From contig OZ024742.1 of assembly GCA_964016885.1 (NCBI GenBank), forward strand, positions 32,240,001 to 32,304,000: 64,000 nucleotides of DNA, read 5' to 3'. Below are positions 25,790-40,399 of this stretch, piece after piece. Each line of letters begins with the position of its first letter. The first letter of the stretch is position 1. The notes under the pieces were generated by a model. That model was not told where the DNA came from. It worked only from the letters and a program-made list of their open reading frames with translations, and did not search any database. The stretch is from Eledone cirrhosa (taxonomy: Eukaryota). Position numbers and translations under genes: made by a program.

Positions 25790-27055
25790 TTACAACAACA
25801 CCAAACAGCAACAGCACCACCACCCCATCAATACCACCAACACCACGACCACCAACACCACCACCAACAGCACAACTGCCAACAACAACATCACCACCAA
25901 CACCACCACCACCAACACTCCAACCCTCAAAACCACCACCATCACTACCACCTACACCAAAACCATCAACACCACCAACACCACCACCACCACCAACACC
26001 ACAACCATCAACACCACCACCAACACCACAAACACCACCACCACCAACACCACCAACACCACCACCACCACCAACACCACCACCACCAACACTACCAACA
26101 CCACCACCAACACCACCACCACCAACACCACCACCAACAGCACAACTGCCAACAACAACATCACCACCAACACCACCACCACCAACACTCCAACCCTCAA
26201 AACCACCACCATCACTACCACCTACACCAAAACCATCAACACCACCAACACCACCACCACCACCAACACCACAACCATCAACACCACCACCAACACCACA
26301 AACACCACCACCACCAACACCACCAACACCACCACCACCACCAACACCACCACCACCAACACCACCAACACCACCACCAACACCACCACCACCAACACCA
26401 CCACCACCAACACTACCAACACCACCACCAACACCACCACCACCAACACCACCACCAACACCACAACCATCACCACCAACAACACCAGCAATATCACCAC
26501 CAACACCACCACCACCACCACCAACACCACCACCACCAACACCACCACCACCACCACCACCACCATCAACCACCACCAACAACAACACCAGCAATATCAC
26601 CACCAACACCACCACCAACACCACCACCACCAACACCACCAACACCACCAACACCACCACCAACACCACCACCACCAACAACAACAACAACAACACCACC
26701 ACCACCAACACCACCACCACCAACACCACCACCACCACCACCAACACCACCAACACCAACACCACCACCACCAACACCACCAACACCACCACCAACAACA
26801 ACAACAACACCAGCAATATCACCACCAACACCACCAACACCACCACCACCAACACCACCACCAACACCACCAACACCACCACCACCAACACCACCAACAC
26901 CACCAACAACAACAACAACAACACCAGCAATATCACCATGAACACCACCAACACCACCACCACCAACACCACCACCCCAACACCACCACCAACACCACCT
27001 CCACCAACACCACCAACACCACCACCAACAACAACTACAACAACAACAACAACAT
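25790..27055. repeat. (CCA/CAA)n degenerate trinucleotide array with a 270-bp internal duplication
   Basis: Block ACCAACACCACCACCAACAGCACAACTGCC recurs at 25851 and 26121. Confidence 0.9.
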
Positions 27056-28047
27056 CAATAAGAACTGTATATAATTGCAGTAAAATAGTGATGACATTTG
27101 TGAGAGCGATCATCGTATCATATATCGTGAGTTTCACAATCTAATTTCTGACGTAAAGTACAACCAATTTCCAAAGTAATGTCGAGTAATGGCAGATTAA
27201 AGGGGCTGACGGCTGGCTGGAATGTAAACAACGGTTCCGAATATTTAAAGGACTCCAAATTATTTTGCTACCATGAATAATGGTTTCTGATTTAGGCACA
27301 AGGCCAGCAAATACTCAGTACATTACTGGTACTTTATTTTATCGACCCCGTAAGGATGAAAGGCAAAGTTAACCTCGGCGGGATTTGAACTCAGATCGTA
27401 AAGGGACGTAACTATGCTGGAAAGCATGGCGTCCGACCCTCTACCGATACTGCCAATCCACCAATAAATAATTGTTTCTACTTTTGGCACAAGGCCAGCA
27501 ATTATCCCAGTGCATTACTGGTACTTTATTTTATCGACCCCGTCAGGATGAAAGGCAGAGTTAACCTCGATGGGATAAATAATGTTCAACGGCCACAATC
27601 AATATTTCAGCCGGTGACGGTTGGGGGAGAGAGCTTTTAAACTTAATCCGTCTCTGATGTCCTTCGGTTTGTGGTGGGTTTAAGGTAGGTTTTCCGGTCA
27701 TATGACTTATGAAGACGCATGGTTTAGTGCTTAGAGAGTTCGATTCACAATCGGGAATTTGAGTACGATTCCTGGACCGGGCTATGTGTTATGTCCTTGA
27801 GCAAGACACTTTATTTCACATTGTTCCAATTTACTCAGCTGTAGATATGAATTGCGACGTCACTGGTGTCAAACTGTATCGGCCTTTACCTTTCCTTTGG
27901 ATAACATCGCTGACATGAGAGGGGTGACTGGTATGTATAGGCGACTGTTGGTCTTCCTCAAACACACCTTGCCCGGGCTCGTGCCTCAGATGGAAACTGT
28001 GTATGAATATGTTAGTGTAGTGTGTGTGTGTGTGTGTGCGTGTGCGT

Positions 28048-28106
<59 letters not shown>

Positions 28107-28368
28107 AAATAGTGATTCATCACTATTGACATACAAGTAGGAGATTGTGCCAGCTATTACATGCAATGGTGATCAGATAATATCTCTGTCTATCATCACA
28201 CCCACCTCCCTCTATCACATAATACTTAAGATATATACCGCCATTTTGTCATCATATAAAGTGATGGTAGGTATCGATAACATCAGAAAAAAATGCTGTT
28301 CATTCATTGGTCAATTAGAAACTTGAGAGACCGCTTCCGTTTCGTACCGATCGCCATCTAGAATTCAG

Positions 28369-28975
28369 TTGTCTTCGGTCTCCGAACTGCCGTTTTACTC
28401 CGCTGTCCTCGGTCTCCGAACTGCCGTTTTTCTCCTCTGTCCTCGGTCTCCGAACTGCCGTTTTACTCCTCTGTCCTCGGTCTCCGAACTGTTGTTTTTC
28501 TCCTCTGTCCTCGGTCTCCGAACTGCCGTTTTACTCCGCTGTCCTCAGTCTCCGAACTGCCGTTTTACTCCGCTGTCCTCAGTCTCCGAACTGTCGTTTT
28601 TCTCCTCTATCCTCGGTCGCCAAACTGTTGTTTTTCTCCTCTGTCCTCGGTCTCCGAAATGTCGTTTTTCTCCGCTGTCCTCAGTCTCCGAACTGCCGTT
28701 TTTCTCCGCTGTCCTTAGTCTCCGAACTGTTGTTTTTCTCCTCTGTCCTCGGTCTCCGAACTGTCGTTTTTCTCCTCTGTCCTCGGTCTCCGAACTGTCG
28801 TTTTTCTCCTCTATCCTCGGTCTCCGAACTGTCGTTTTTCTCCTCTGTCCTCGGTCTCCGAACTGTTGTTTTTCTCCTCTGTCCTCGGTCTCCGAACTGT
28901 CATTTTTCTCCGTTGTCCTCGGTCTCCGAACTGTCGTTTTTCTCCGTTGTCCTCGGTCTCCGAACTGCCGTTTTT
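28369..28975. repeat. 34-bp tandem minisatellite, about 18 copies
   Basis: Unit TCCTCGGTCTCCGAACTGCCGTTTTTCTCCTCTG; CCGAAC at 28382, 28416 and onward. Confidence 0.97.
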
Positions 28976-30049
28976 TTTCCTCAAAAATTAGTAGGCGTGC
29001 ATCCTGCCCGAGGTTATGGTAAATGACATTTGATCAAGATGCCACGCAGTGGGATCGAACCCGGGACCTAGTGATTGTGAGATGAACTCCTTAATCATTC
29101 GGCCATGCTGTGTCCATGGAAAGGATTAGAGTTCCATTATGTATGTACACAGTGGTGAATTAGCAGAGTCGTTAGAACGTCGGATAAAATGCTTCATGGT
29201 TTTTGTTTCTGCTCTCTGAGTTCAAATCCCACCGAGGTTAACTTTGCCTTTCATCCATTCTTTCGAGGTCGATACAATAAAAATGTACCAGTCAAGTACT
29301 GGGGATCAATTCTTCCTTCAAATCCCTTTCTCACTTCTCTCTCACTTTCTATCCTTCCCAGGAAGAAATCTGCTGTATTCAGACATGGAGAGGAGAGATG
29401 GGCTCTGATAATTTTTGAAAAAAGACGCCCTAGAAACGCCGTATGTCAAAACGGCACCCCTACGACTCCATCAGGAATTACGGAACCAAGCATGCATGTA
29501 CCCAGACGCAGTTGATCTTGGATAACATTAAAACGTTCCATAGAATTCATCTTATTGAGAATAGATGATGCCTAATGCTTTTCTTTCTCTCTTTTTTCAG
29601 AACAGAATTATGATAGAAACCCAAGATGGAGGACAAGACTACTGTTTTGAGGTTATATAAAATAATGAGTAATCCTTTTCATAACAAACCGCCTGAAACC
29701 GCCCTTGGTTCTATGATACAAAACTATTTATTTTAAAGTGTTTATCTCCTTATAATATATAACCAGCAATTTCTCTGTCTGTCTGTCCGACAGTGGAAAC
29801 ACGTGCGCGCGTGCGAATGTTTTTTGCGCACGCGTAGAGAGAGAGTGGGAGTGAAAGAAAGAGACAGACTACGAGAGGGGGATAGCGGGAGGGAGAGAGG
29901 GAGAGAGAGAGAGTAAATAGACGCTAAAACACGTGCGCGCGTGCGAATGTTTTTTGCGCACGCGTAGAGAGAGAGTGAGAGTGAAAAAAAGAGACAGACT
30001 ACAAGAGGGGGATAGCGGGAGGGAGAGAGGGGGGAATTGAGGAGTGCTA

Positions 30050-30141
30050 CAGAAACATATATACATTTCTGTATATATATATACACACACAGAAATATAT
30101 ATATATACACACAGAAATATATATACATTTCTGTGTGTGTA

Positions 30142-30172
<31 letters not shown>

Positions 30173-30353
30173 GAAATATATATACATTTCTGTGTATGTA
30201 ATATATATATATATATATATACACACACAGAAATATATATACATTTCTGTGTGTGTAATATATATATATATATATATACACACACAGAAATATATATACA
30301 TTTCTGTGTGTGTAATATATATATATATACACACAGAAATATATATACATTTC

Positions 30354-30388
<35 letters not shown>

Positions 30389-30472
30389 TACACACACAGA
30401 AATATATATACATTTCTGTGTATGTAATATATATATATATATATTACACACACAGAAATATATATACATTTC

Positions 30473-30512
<40 letters not shown>

Positions 30513-30530
30513 GAAATATATATACATTTC

Positions 30531-30571
<41 letters not shown>

Positions 30572-30677
30572 CATACACAGAAATGTATATATATTTCTGT
30601 GTGTGTAATATATATATATATATATATACACACACAGAAATGTATATATATTTCTGTGTGTGTAATATATATATATA
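30050..30677. repeat. Array of short palindromic units separated by variable (TA)n
   Basis: Unit CACAGAAAT-ATATATAC-ATTTCTGTG; orientation flips near 30570. Confidence 0.9.
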
Positions 30678-31102
30678 CTAGCAGAAAACCACTCGGTAGG
30701 CGGTTTTCTGCTGGTCTATATATCTAAAACAGAGAATGTCTGTCTGTCTCCCTAAAACTCGAGAACCACCCAACCGATTGTTTTCAAACTTTACACATGT
30801 AATACATATGGGCCTGTGAGTATTTTGAGCAAAAAGAATTTCAAATGTGCAATGCCCTATGGACCGCATTAGGCGATTTAGCGATCTCTCTTATAATTCT
30901 TAGTCTTTCTTTTTAGATAGATACATAGATATAACGTTGCGCCCTTATAATATCTGTCTGTATGTCTGACTGTCTGCATTACGATATTACACCGTCGCTA
31001 TCTGTGTGTGTGTATATATGTATATATATAGTGTGTATATATATATATAGTGCGTAACGTTTTTCGAAATATCTACTTCTGCGTTCACAGATTGATTTTT
31101 TT

Positions 31103-31153
31103 AGTTTCAGAAGATCCCGTTAAGGGTGAAAGCAGCGATTCTTTGCTTAAACT
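31103..31153 (+). ncRNA. Third copy of the U4A pLTR hammerhead (solo pLTR fragment)
   Basis: 51-nt motif identical to 13481-13531 while upstream flanks have diverged. Confidence 0.7.
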
Positions 31154-31161
31154 TTAATCTG

Positions 31162-31249
<88 letters not shown>

Positions 31250-31389
31250 CGTGTACAGATATTTTTGCTTACACAATAACAAAATATAAACAAACGTATT
31301 TATTTCACGAGGCTCGATAAGAATAAATATATATCAAATATATAAGAACCCTAGAGCAAATCCCGAGCAACGCCGGGCCATTCTGCTAA

Positions 31390-32288
31390 TATTTATCTAA
31401 AACACTTCTGTCTAAATATAAAGATTGATGTGCCCTTGCGCGGAGATGCTATAAAATCTAATATATATCTAATATATATTTGTGAAATGGGTGGTGGTTG
31501 AAATTTAGATGTGCACGGTTAAATGATAGTAGACGTGGTCGGACGGACATGAAAATTTACCCACCTATATAAAAAGTGCCAAGGAAGCAAATAGACGAGG
31601 TTTCAAATCTCTAACTTGAAAAATGTGGTCCCTAGGGCCCCCAAACGGTCTATTTACTATCGCGTTCAGTGAGTTATTTCCCCCTGTTCAAATACTTGGC
31701 TAAGTTATTTACAATTTCATACAAATTTTTAAACTCATCAACGTTCTTTCGCTGTTAACATACAGTACCAATAATTTGAAAAATATTATTGAAAGTTTAT
31801 TATAAAGAAGCAGTTTCAGGAAAAAGTGTAAACTATCATACAAACTTCATAATATGCATTTTTAAACTTGCATATCATCGACATTGCTATTTCGCTGTTA
31901 ATAAACTATCATCCTTCTACATTTAACGATCATACAGTACCGTTTTATGAAATCGATTCTGCAGTACGGTCACTGTTTTCCATCAAAAGAAATAAAACCC
32001 TTAAATTGCGAAGAAGGAACGCGTGTTTTTATTTTAATTCTAATACATGTTAACCACCACTAACAGTAAATAGTATTTTTCAAATTGCATATCATCGACA
32101 TTGCTATTTCGCTGTTAATAAACAACGCTTTTCACGTCGCTCCACTTCTCATTGTACGCCGTCCAGCCCCAAGTGCATATTTCTAATTTTTTTCCTGAAA
32201 CTGCTTCTTTATAATAAACTTTCAATAAGATTTTTCAAATTTAACTTAATAAAAAGTGGCCCCGGGTGTAACCGGGCTCAGCTGCTAG
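31390..32288 (+). mobile_element. Non-autonomous Helitron
   Basis: 3' hairpin CCCGG-gtgtaa-CCGGG then CTAG^T at 32285-32288. Another Helitron-like 3' end (CCCGAGCAACGCCGGG..CTAA) lies at 31362-31389. Confidence 0.6.
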
Positions 32289-35200
32289 TAGCTTATAAAA
32301 TAGGGCGAAGACTTTGTAAAGACGGAAAAAGAAGTTGCCATCGGCTGCTATGAGAAATCAAACCCATATTTCTCAGATACCGGCTAGGCGCTTTATACCA
32401 TCGGCTAGGCATACAATTCTGTCTTAATTTTATATGAGAAATTTCATGTTCTAAAGCCCAGCTTAATAATAATTTCTTTATTGACCACAATTGCCGAAAC
32501 ATGTAGAACGATAAAAAAGACGGGGACAGTGGAGATCTAGAAAAAGATGGACAAAAATAAAACAGATAACAATAAACGCTGTAAGTAAAACCCAGTAATC
32601 ACTTAGGAACTCTACAGATCTTAAACCATCCTATTCTCTAAGAGTACCGTAGGAGGGCGCTTCTCTCCTCTCTAAACTCTTCAGCCTACAAGCACATAGA
32701 TACCAACTTAATGAGAAAGTTCGTTATATTACGAAATCGCATAAAATTTCTAATTATTTAAAAAAATTGACTGAAAAGCACAGCCAGTGTCTTTCATTAG
32801 AAATATGGCAATGAAAGGGTTGATTTTTAAAAAAATCTTTACATTGCAGAAACGCTTTCTATTAAATAGTTGTTGATTCTATTTAGAGTGAGAAAAAGGT
32901 TATTTTATGAAGTCATATATAAATATAAATGGCGGTCTGTAAACATAAATAAAAGATAAAGAATATGAAGTGGTGATCTACAGTCTTGAGAGATGATTAT
33001 CAGTCTGCTGGTGTAGATTTGAATGAATCCAGGTTGTTACGATGTGTTTGACGTCAGCCAATATGGCTGCTGTCGTAACTTTCTTATGAATTGTAACATT
33101 GATTAGAAAGAAAACGAAGCAGTTATTTATAAACCAGCTATATTTATCATAACGTTCTGTCTGCGGTTATGGCTGCCTCTTCTTTGCGTAATGCAGATTA
33201 CATTTAGTTATCGACAAGTAGCGTCTTGGCCAACTGCACTACATATAGCTCCTCCCTCTCTCACTTTTTTCCGTCTATCTATCTCTCTTATCCCACGCAC
33301 TCTCTCTCTCTCTCTCTTTCCATTCTAACTCCCTCTCTTTGTTTTTTATCCATTAGCATATTACACTAAGGTACCGGTGTAATGGTCAAAACGATAAAAA
33401 CGCTCGTCATTAATCTATTTTCCAGGCTGCACTCTAGTTTATCCAGCATCAAAGTATTTAGATACAGAGGGGAGCCATTGTTGTATTTAACAGAAGAACA
33501 GGTGAGGAAATATAGCGAGTATCGTAGTATTAATTCTAGAATCACAGAATACTCACTGTTTTGCTTATCAAGAACAAGAATATGCCGGAAGATGATGTAC
33601 GAAATAGAGCAGAATAAGGTAGAGGTGCACACTAGTTAATCACTAACAGAGATACCAACTCTCACATACGGTAAACTCGATATTTTATGAATGAAGGATA
33701 GAAGAAATAAAATGGAAGAAAAATTAAACAACGAAAGAAAGGGAAAAGGAGGAGGGTTTGACAGTTTCTACACCCCAGGCTGTGTGGTATCTCTTAGCTG
33801 CGTCCTACAGATAAAATGGCGAAGGAATTACCATGGAGAACGGCCAGTGACACCCGCTGCAATAGCCACATCACCTCACGAGGGCTTCTTTCTTAGGCAG
33901 GCTGTCATTTTTTCGATTTGAGGGAAGAACAAGACAGTCTGGGGACCTCGAATATATGAAGTCTCGACTGCAGCCGGCGTGAAAAGGAAGCGGTCTGTCA
34001 AACCCTGGTATTTGATCCATTAAACATTACATTTATGTTAACTATTTAGTAATAAGATGAAGAAGAAAACAGAAGGAGCACTGCGCTTAACCATCAACAA
34101 ATCTGAATATTTAAAATAAATGGATGTATACATGTGTTCCAAGTTGTAAGCCACAGTTTTACTTTTAAGGCGCTGAAATTTGGGACAGTGACACATATTA
34201 AGGACAATTTGATAGGATTTTGCTTTGTAGCGGTTTATTACCTCTCATGACATGACCTGCAAGTTGAAGATGACGACACGGATGGTATGGCTAATAGGTG
34301 GGAGGTTGCCGTTGAGAAATTTGTTTGTAGCACACGATCAAGAAGTTTGATGTTTTTATCCTTTTTAGCATTCGTGTGTAGCAAACATCTTTTACTATGG
34401 GAGCCCACTAATGTGAAACACAAACATGGAAGACTTCTCAAGTCATTAAAGTGAGTCAATGAGGAAGGTACAGAACTATCCAATGAAGAACTGAGACAGT
34501 TAGTGTTGGATCGTGTGAGATGGAAAGGTTTTATCATGTCACCACAAAGATACAGGATTATCCAATGAAGAACTGAGACAGTTAGTGTCGGATCGTGTGA
34601 GATGGAAAGGTTTTATCATGTCACCACAAAGATACAGAGCTGAGGTAGTTAATGTTGTATTGGGTGAGATGGGAAAGTGTTATCATGTCACCAGAAGGAG
34701 AGTGGGTGAATTTAATAGTTAGTTTAGTTAAATGCCTTTCCCTCCTGAAATTTATAATTGTAACCGTTTCCCTACTTGACGTTTTCGGGGCGGAGTTGGT
34801 CACCCGTAAGAGTTAGCCCCACTTGTTGGAATAACGTTTTCTCAGCGTCTTCCTTGCTAACCAGCAGTGTAACGCTTTCTGTGTTTTGTCCTCTGGGAGT
34901 ATCAGGCGTTATACACCTGGGCTTCTACACTTTGGTGAGGCAGGGTGGTCGAAAAGGGATGGGTGGCTGTGGGGTTTGTCGCTGGCGGAGAGTGTATCAA
35001 CCTTTCATCTGGTTCGCGCTGTTACTGTTGGTCACTACACACACACACACATACACACACACACATACACACACACACACATACATACAGACTGGTCAGA
35101 TCGGATCAAGGAAACAATGTTTCCATTGATCTTTCTGGTTGCAACTCCAGACAGATGGAACGTGAAATGAAGTTTCTTGCTCAAGGACATAACTCATCGC

Positions 35201-35444
35201 CGTCTGGTAATCGAACTAACAACCATCACTATCATGAATCCAACACTGTAACCACTAAGCCATGTGCCGCCACTACATATGTATCTATGATAAGACAACA
35301 TCGCAGACTTTACTCACCAAGTGAGGTGGAACTTGTCATATCAAATCTAGGAAACAATGTTTCCATTGGTCTTTTCATTCCTGATATCTTCCTGTTACAA
35401 CTTCTGGCAGAAGGAAGTCAATTACTATTTTAAGGCAGATTTTA

Positions 35445-35843
35445 GGTTCTTTCTTTCTTTTTCTTTTCTTTTCTTTTCTTTTCTTTTCTTTTCTTTTCTT
35501 TTCTCTTTTTCTTTTCTTTTTTACTGTTTTCTTTTTTCTTTTTTCTTTTTTCTTTTTTCTTTTTTCTTTTTTTCTTTTTTCTTATCTTTTTCTTTTTCTT
35601 TTCTTTTTTTCTTTTTTTCTTTTTTCTTTTTCTTTTCTTTTTTCTTCTTTTTTTTCTTTTTCTTTCTTTTTTCTTTTCTTTTTTCTTCTTTCTTTCTTTT
35701 TCTTCTTTTTTCTTTCTTCTTTCTTTTCCTTTTTCTTATTTCTTTTTTTTCTTTCTTTTTTCTTTTCTTTTTTTCTTTTTTGTTTCTTTATCTTCTTTTT
35801 CTTCTTTTTTTCTTTCTTTCTTTTATTCTTTCTTTCTTTCTTT
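35445..35843. repeat. About 400-bp polypyrimidine (T/C) low-complexity tract
   Basis: Direct reading. Confidence 0.95.
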
Positions 35844-37594
35844 AACCCTCCCTGTTAGTGTCTAACTAGTGTCCACCTTTCGTGGGTTTTCTTTTCCATC
35901 CCGCAGTGTCTCCACCTCGCCCCCTGCTAAGTAAACAAGCTTGGTAGGGTTGCCCTTTCCTGACCGACGGACCGACCATATGAGAGGTTGTCTTGGGTTA
36001 CATGTTGCCAGTAGTACTCGAGATCGTGTCGAATATATCCTGTATTAGATGCATGCACTGTTCCGTACCTCCTGGTGAAGTCGTAGGGGCGCCGTGTTGA
36101 AACATGTTGTTTCTTGGGCATTTTAAGCCTAGCGGAGCCCATCTCTCCAGAGAAGGAGAGGAAGGGAGCAAGAGATATAGAGGAAGAATAGACCCCAGTA
36201 CTAGACTGGTACTTTTATTACCGACTTCAAAAGGATACTAGGCAAAGTTGTCCTAGAACGAATACCAGAAAGTATTCTATACGACATTATAACGACACTG
36301 TCAATTAGTCTAGATATTTGGCGCTAAAACATAAAATTTTTCTAGAGTTGTTTCCCCGTGGAAATAATATTCTAGAGTTATTTCCTTTAAAAAGAGCTTT
36401 TTAGTCAATAATATCGCCAGTTCTACGACTTTTTATCGATCACAATCGATTTTCAAGAACCATTAATTTACGTCACACGCACACGCATACACTCACATCA
36501 ATACACATACACATACACACACTCACATTTAGTTGTCGAAATGGCTGGAACTCAGCCGTCGGGGGGTCCTGACTCTTTTCCTATTACCCACTCTACTACC
36601 CTAGGTATCGAGTGCTCTGGTGCGTTATGGTCCACCTGGTTCCTTACCACACTTCCTTCGTTATATATATATATAAGTGTGTGTGTGTATGTGTGTGTGT
36701 ATGTCTGTGTGTGTATGTGTGGTTGTAGTGTGTGTAGTATATATGTATGTGTGTGCCTAGTATGTGTGTATATATATGTATGTGTGTGTACACGACAGGT
36801 CTCCTCACAGTTTATCCCCCTCCCCCACTTCACCCTCCAAAACAATCTGTGTCGATGTTTAGCTCGGATCCAAGAAACATTGTTCTTTCCATTGCTGATA
36901 CTATCTACCTGTCACAACTCCTGGCAGAAGGTACAACGAGGAGTCAAGTATATTACCCAATGAAATAATGTCTCAGGACAGAATCGCTGGACAGATTTTA
37001 CGGGCAAATCCAAATGATAGGAGACCCCAGGTAGACTCCGAGGAAGATGGTTGGATAACATCCATGAGTTTGGCTAGTCTTGCTTGGCGATCCAGCTGGA
37101 TCAGTTGGAGACGGTTGTTCTAACAGGATCTGCTGGAAGGAGTGTTTGAGGACTCTGCACCCACGACCCTCCCAGGAATAAATGAGAGGAGGAGGAGGGG
37201 GAGAGGGGGGATAACACGCCAACTAGTCAAGCAACCGACACTACGACTTTTAAATTTAAATCTATCAAATTCCTCCAATGAGGTATTGCTTAATCCGAAG
37301 ACACTTCTCTCTGCCAAACATCTCGGGCAGTAAGATCGAATGTGGAACATGATAGAGATGCAAATTTCTTAACGAAAGAATCATTCATCACACACAACTT
37401 GTTCACAATTTTATGCCGCGAGTGTTCGGCGTCTCTCAAAAACTTTTCTTCTTTAAAAAAAATCACTAGTACGAACGTGTTGGCTTACCTCAAAAGGTAT
37501 TAGAAATCTCCGATGTCCCTTCTGATGTGTGATCGATAGACGCACTTAATGTTGAATTGATGGGGGGGGGGGGCGCTTTGATTGTATATTTCTG

Positions 37595-38122
37595 AATTGG
37601 CAGTGTCGATAGAGAGTCGGACACCTTTACGGTCTGAGTTCAAATCCCATCCTTACGGGGTCGATAAAATAAAGCACCAGTAACATACTGGGGTCAATTT
37701 AATCGACCCCCCGCAAAAAATATTACTTGCCTTGTGCCTATACTAGAAATCATTATATCCACCAGTGGTGGATTGGCAGTATCGATAGAGGGTCGGACGC
37801 CATGCTTTCCAGCATAGTTACGTCCCTTTACGATCTGAGTTCAAATCCCGCCGAGGTTGACTTTGCCTTTCATCCTTACGGGGTCGATAAAATAAAGTAC
37901 CAGTAATGCACTGGGTATTTGCTGGCCTTGTGCCTAAAGTAGAAACAATTATATTTATCAGACGCCATGCTTTGACACATAGAGTTACGGCCCTTGCCAT
38001 TCTAAGTTCAAATCCCGCCGAGGTTAACTTTGCCTTTCATCCTTACGGGGTCGATAAAATAAAGTACCAGTAATGTACTGGGTAATTGCTGGCCTTGTGC
38101 CAAAAGTAGTAGAAACAATTAT
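37595..38122 (+). mobile_element. Three tandem MetaSINE-like copies
   Basis: Repeated GAGTTCAAATCCC..CCTTACGGGGTCGATAAAATAAAG. Confidence 0.85.
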
Positions 38123-38854
38123 ATTTATCAGGCTCCACGAATTCTGTTTTTATGTGAAATATCATAAAATCCCTATGTTAATAAAAGAGTTACGATCTAC
38201 AGCAATAAATACGTGAATCGGTGGAGTGCTAGACAACCAGCGATGTGTTAAATAGTGTGTATTCTATTTACTTAAATATCGCTAAAACTGTTAGATATTG
38301 TAAGAAACCATCCTGTACCGAGTAAAGAGGGGAAGTAACTCGTAAACGTATTAAGATTTTATTTAACAGCACGATAAATACTAAGTTTATTCCCCTTCCA
38401 AAAACGGAAATAAGTCTTGGTCTATGCAAAGAAAAATGTTACTTGTGTTTATAAAACGGATTATGTAACCTATAGCGGTGACTGGAGAACCAGTACTGTT
38501 TTCTGCGTTGTGACTGTGCCCTATATTTTTATCTTCCCTTGCATATATATATACTTCGTTTTTGAATTTGTTTTGCAAGATTTCTTATCTGAGAACGTGT
38601 ATTGAAACAGATATTGTTATACTTTGGGAGGGTCATGTTGCAATAAAAACACACGCACCTGTTGACTGGTTGGTTGGTTGGTTCGATAACCGGATAGTTC
38701 TTTATATATTGTCAAAGTTCTTTCGTCACACATTCCGTGACTTCCACAGTGATTAGATTTTTATTTTGTGTTTCTCCTTTGTTCTGTCCTACACAAGATG
38801 TAGGACATCATGCGATGATTGTTGTTTTCCTGACAGAGAGAGTGAGTGTGTGTG

Positions 38855-38952
<98 letters not shown>

Positions 38953-40399
38953 TAAGGGGTCTGTGTGTAAAAGTGAACTACATGTTAATTTCTCAGAATC
39001 AACTCTGCAACTCTTTTCTTTGACTCTGGGAGTTGGCTATTTATCACTATCGCTCATTATGTCGCCGGAACACAAGACAAAGCAGATGATCATTTGCTAT
39101 GTCAAAATCTTAGCCATGTTGGCGACTAAACCTATTCACAATAGAAACTTATCTATGAGGCCACCAAAGGTCAACTTAAATGTGGCCGCTTTATAGTGTG
39201 AAAAAAAAACTATGAGTAGAGTATCGAATTATTGCTACACATACGTACATACGTACATACGTACCAATGATGATTTCTTTATTAGCCACACTACTTCCGA
39301 ACTAATGACGAGAGAAGTGAATATTTTATTATATCAAAATAAAAGATGTACACGAAAGTACGTAATAGGAAAGTTCACTTTTATCCCAAATGTATTGACA
39401 ATATAAATGGCTTGAAATTACAAACAAATGCTAGAACTGTCAAAAATCAACACACAAACACACTTATATCTCTATTACTTAAATACATAAATATTTCACA
39501 TGAACATATAGAATCAAAACGAAAGACAATATTAAGTCGACATTGAGTTTGTTAATCGATTATATATATATATATAGTAGTTTGTGGATACGAAACTAAA
39601 TAAACGAGCAAATATAGTAGTTCTGGTAAATTCACTTTCACTTTCCAGGTACCAATAACGAAGGATTATTGATTTAATATTGGTGGTGGATTGGCAGTAT
39701 TGGTAGAGGGTTGGACGCCATGCTTTCCAGCATAGTTACGTCCCTTTATGATCTGAGTTCAAATCCCGCCGAGGTTGACTTTGCCTTTCATCCTTACGGG
39801 GTCGATAAAATAAAGTACCAGTAATGCACTGGGTAATTGCTGGCCTGGTGCCTAAAGTAGAAACAATTATTGATTTAATATTGCTATAAAGCATCCCAGA
39901 TATAAATGGAATTATAAAATGTTGAAAATATATACAGTTCAGCTTAGACATAAATATACAAAATGAAACGAAACGAAGTGTTTGAAGCGGAGTCAAATAG
40001 AGTAACGCCCCTTGTCTAAATACTTGTTTCTATTTTAGGCACAAGGCCAGCAATTAACTGGTACTTTATTTTATCGACCCCGTAAGGATGAAAGGCAAAG
40101 TCAACCTCGGCGGGATTTGAACTCAGATCGTAAAGGGACGTAACTATGCTTGAAAGCATGGCGTCTGACCCTCTACCGATACTGCCAATCCACCGCCCCT
40201 TGTCTAAATACTACACTACGTAAAGGCGTATATTGACCAATATACAATATGTTTATGTATAACAAACATAAGTATAATTTCGCTGTAAGAGTTTTAGGTT
40301 GTGATCATGGCGTATATTGGCCCATCTACAATATGTTTATATTTAATAAACACATATATAGTCTCGCTGTGATCGTGACGTATATGAAAATATATACAA

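Noticed and set aside
25638-27144. Pro/Thr-rich mucin or extensin-like ORF (476 aa) and Gly/Val-rich antisense ORF
   Set aside because: It begins inside a SINE, almost all codons derive from CCA/CAA repeats, and there is no domain or signal peptide.
28369-29026. 34-bp repeat as a CRISPR array or coding region
   Set aside because: Units are contiguous with no spacers, and the peptides are periodic translations of the unit.
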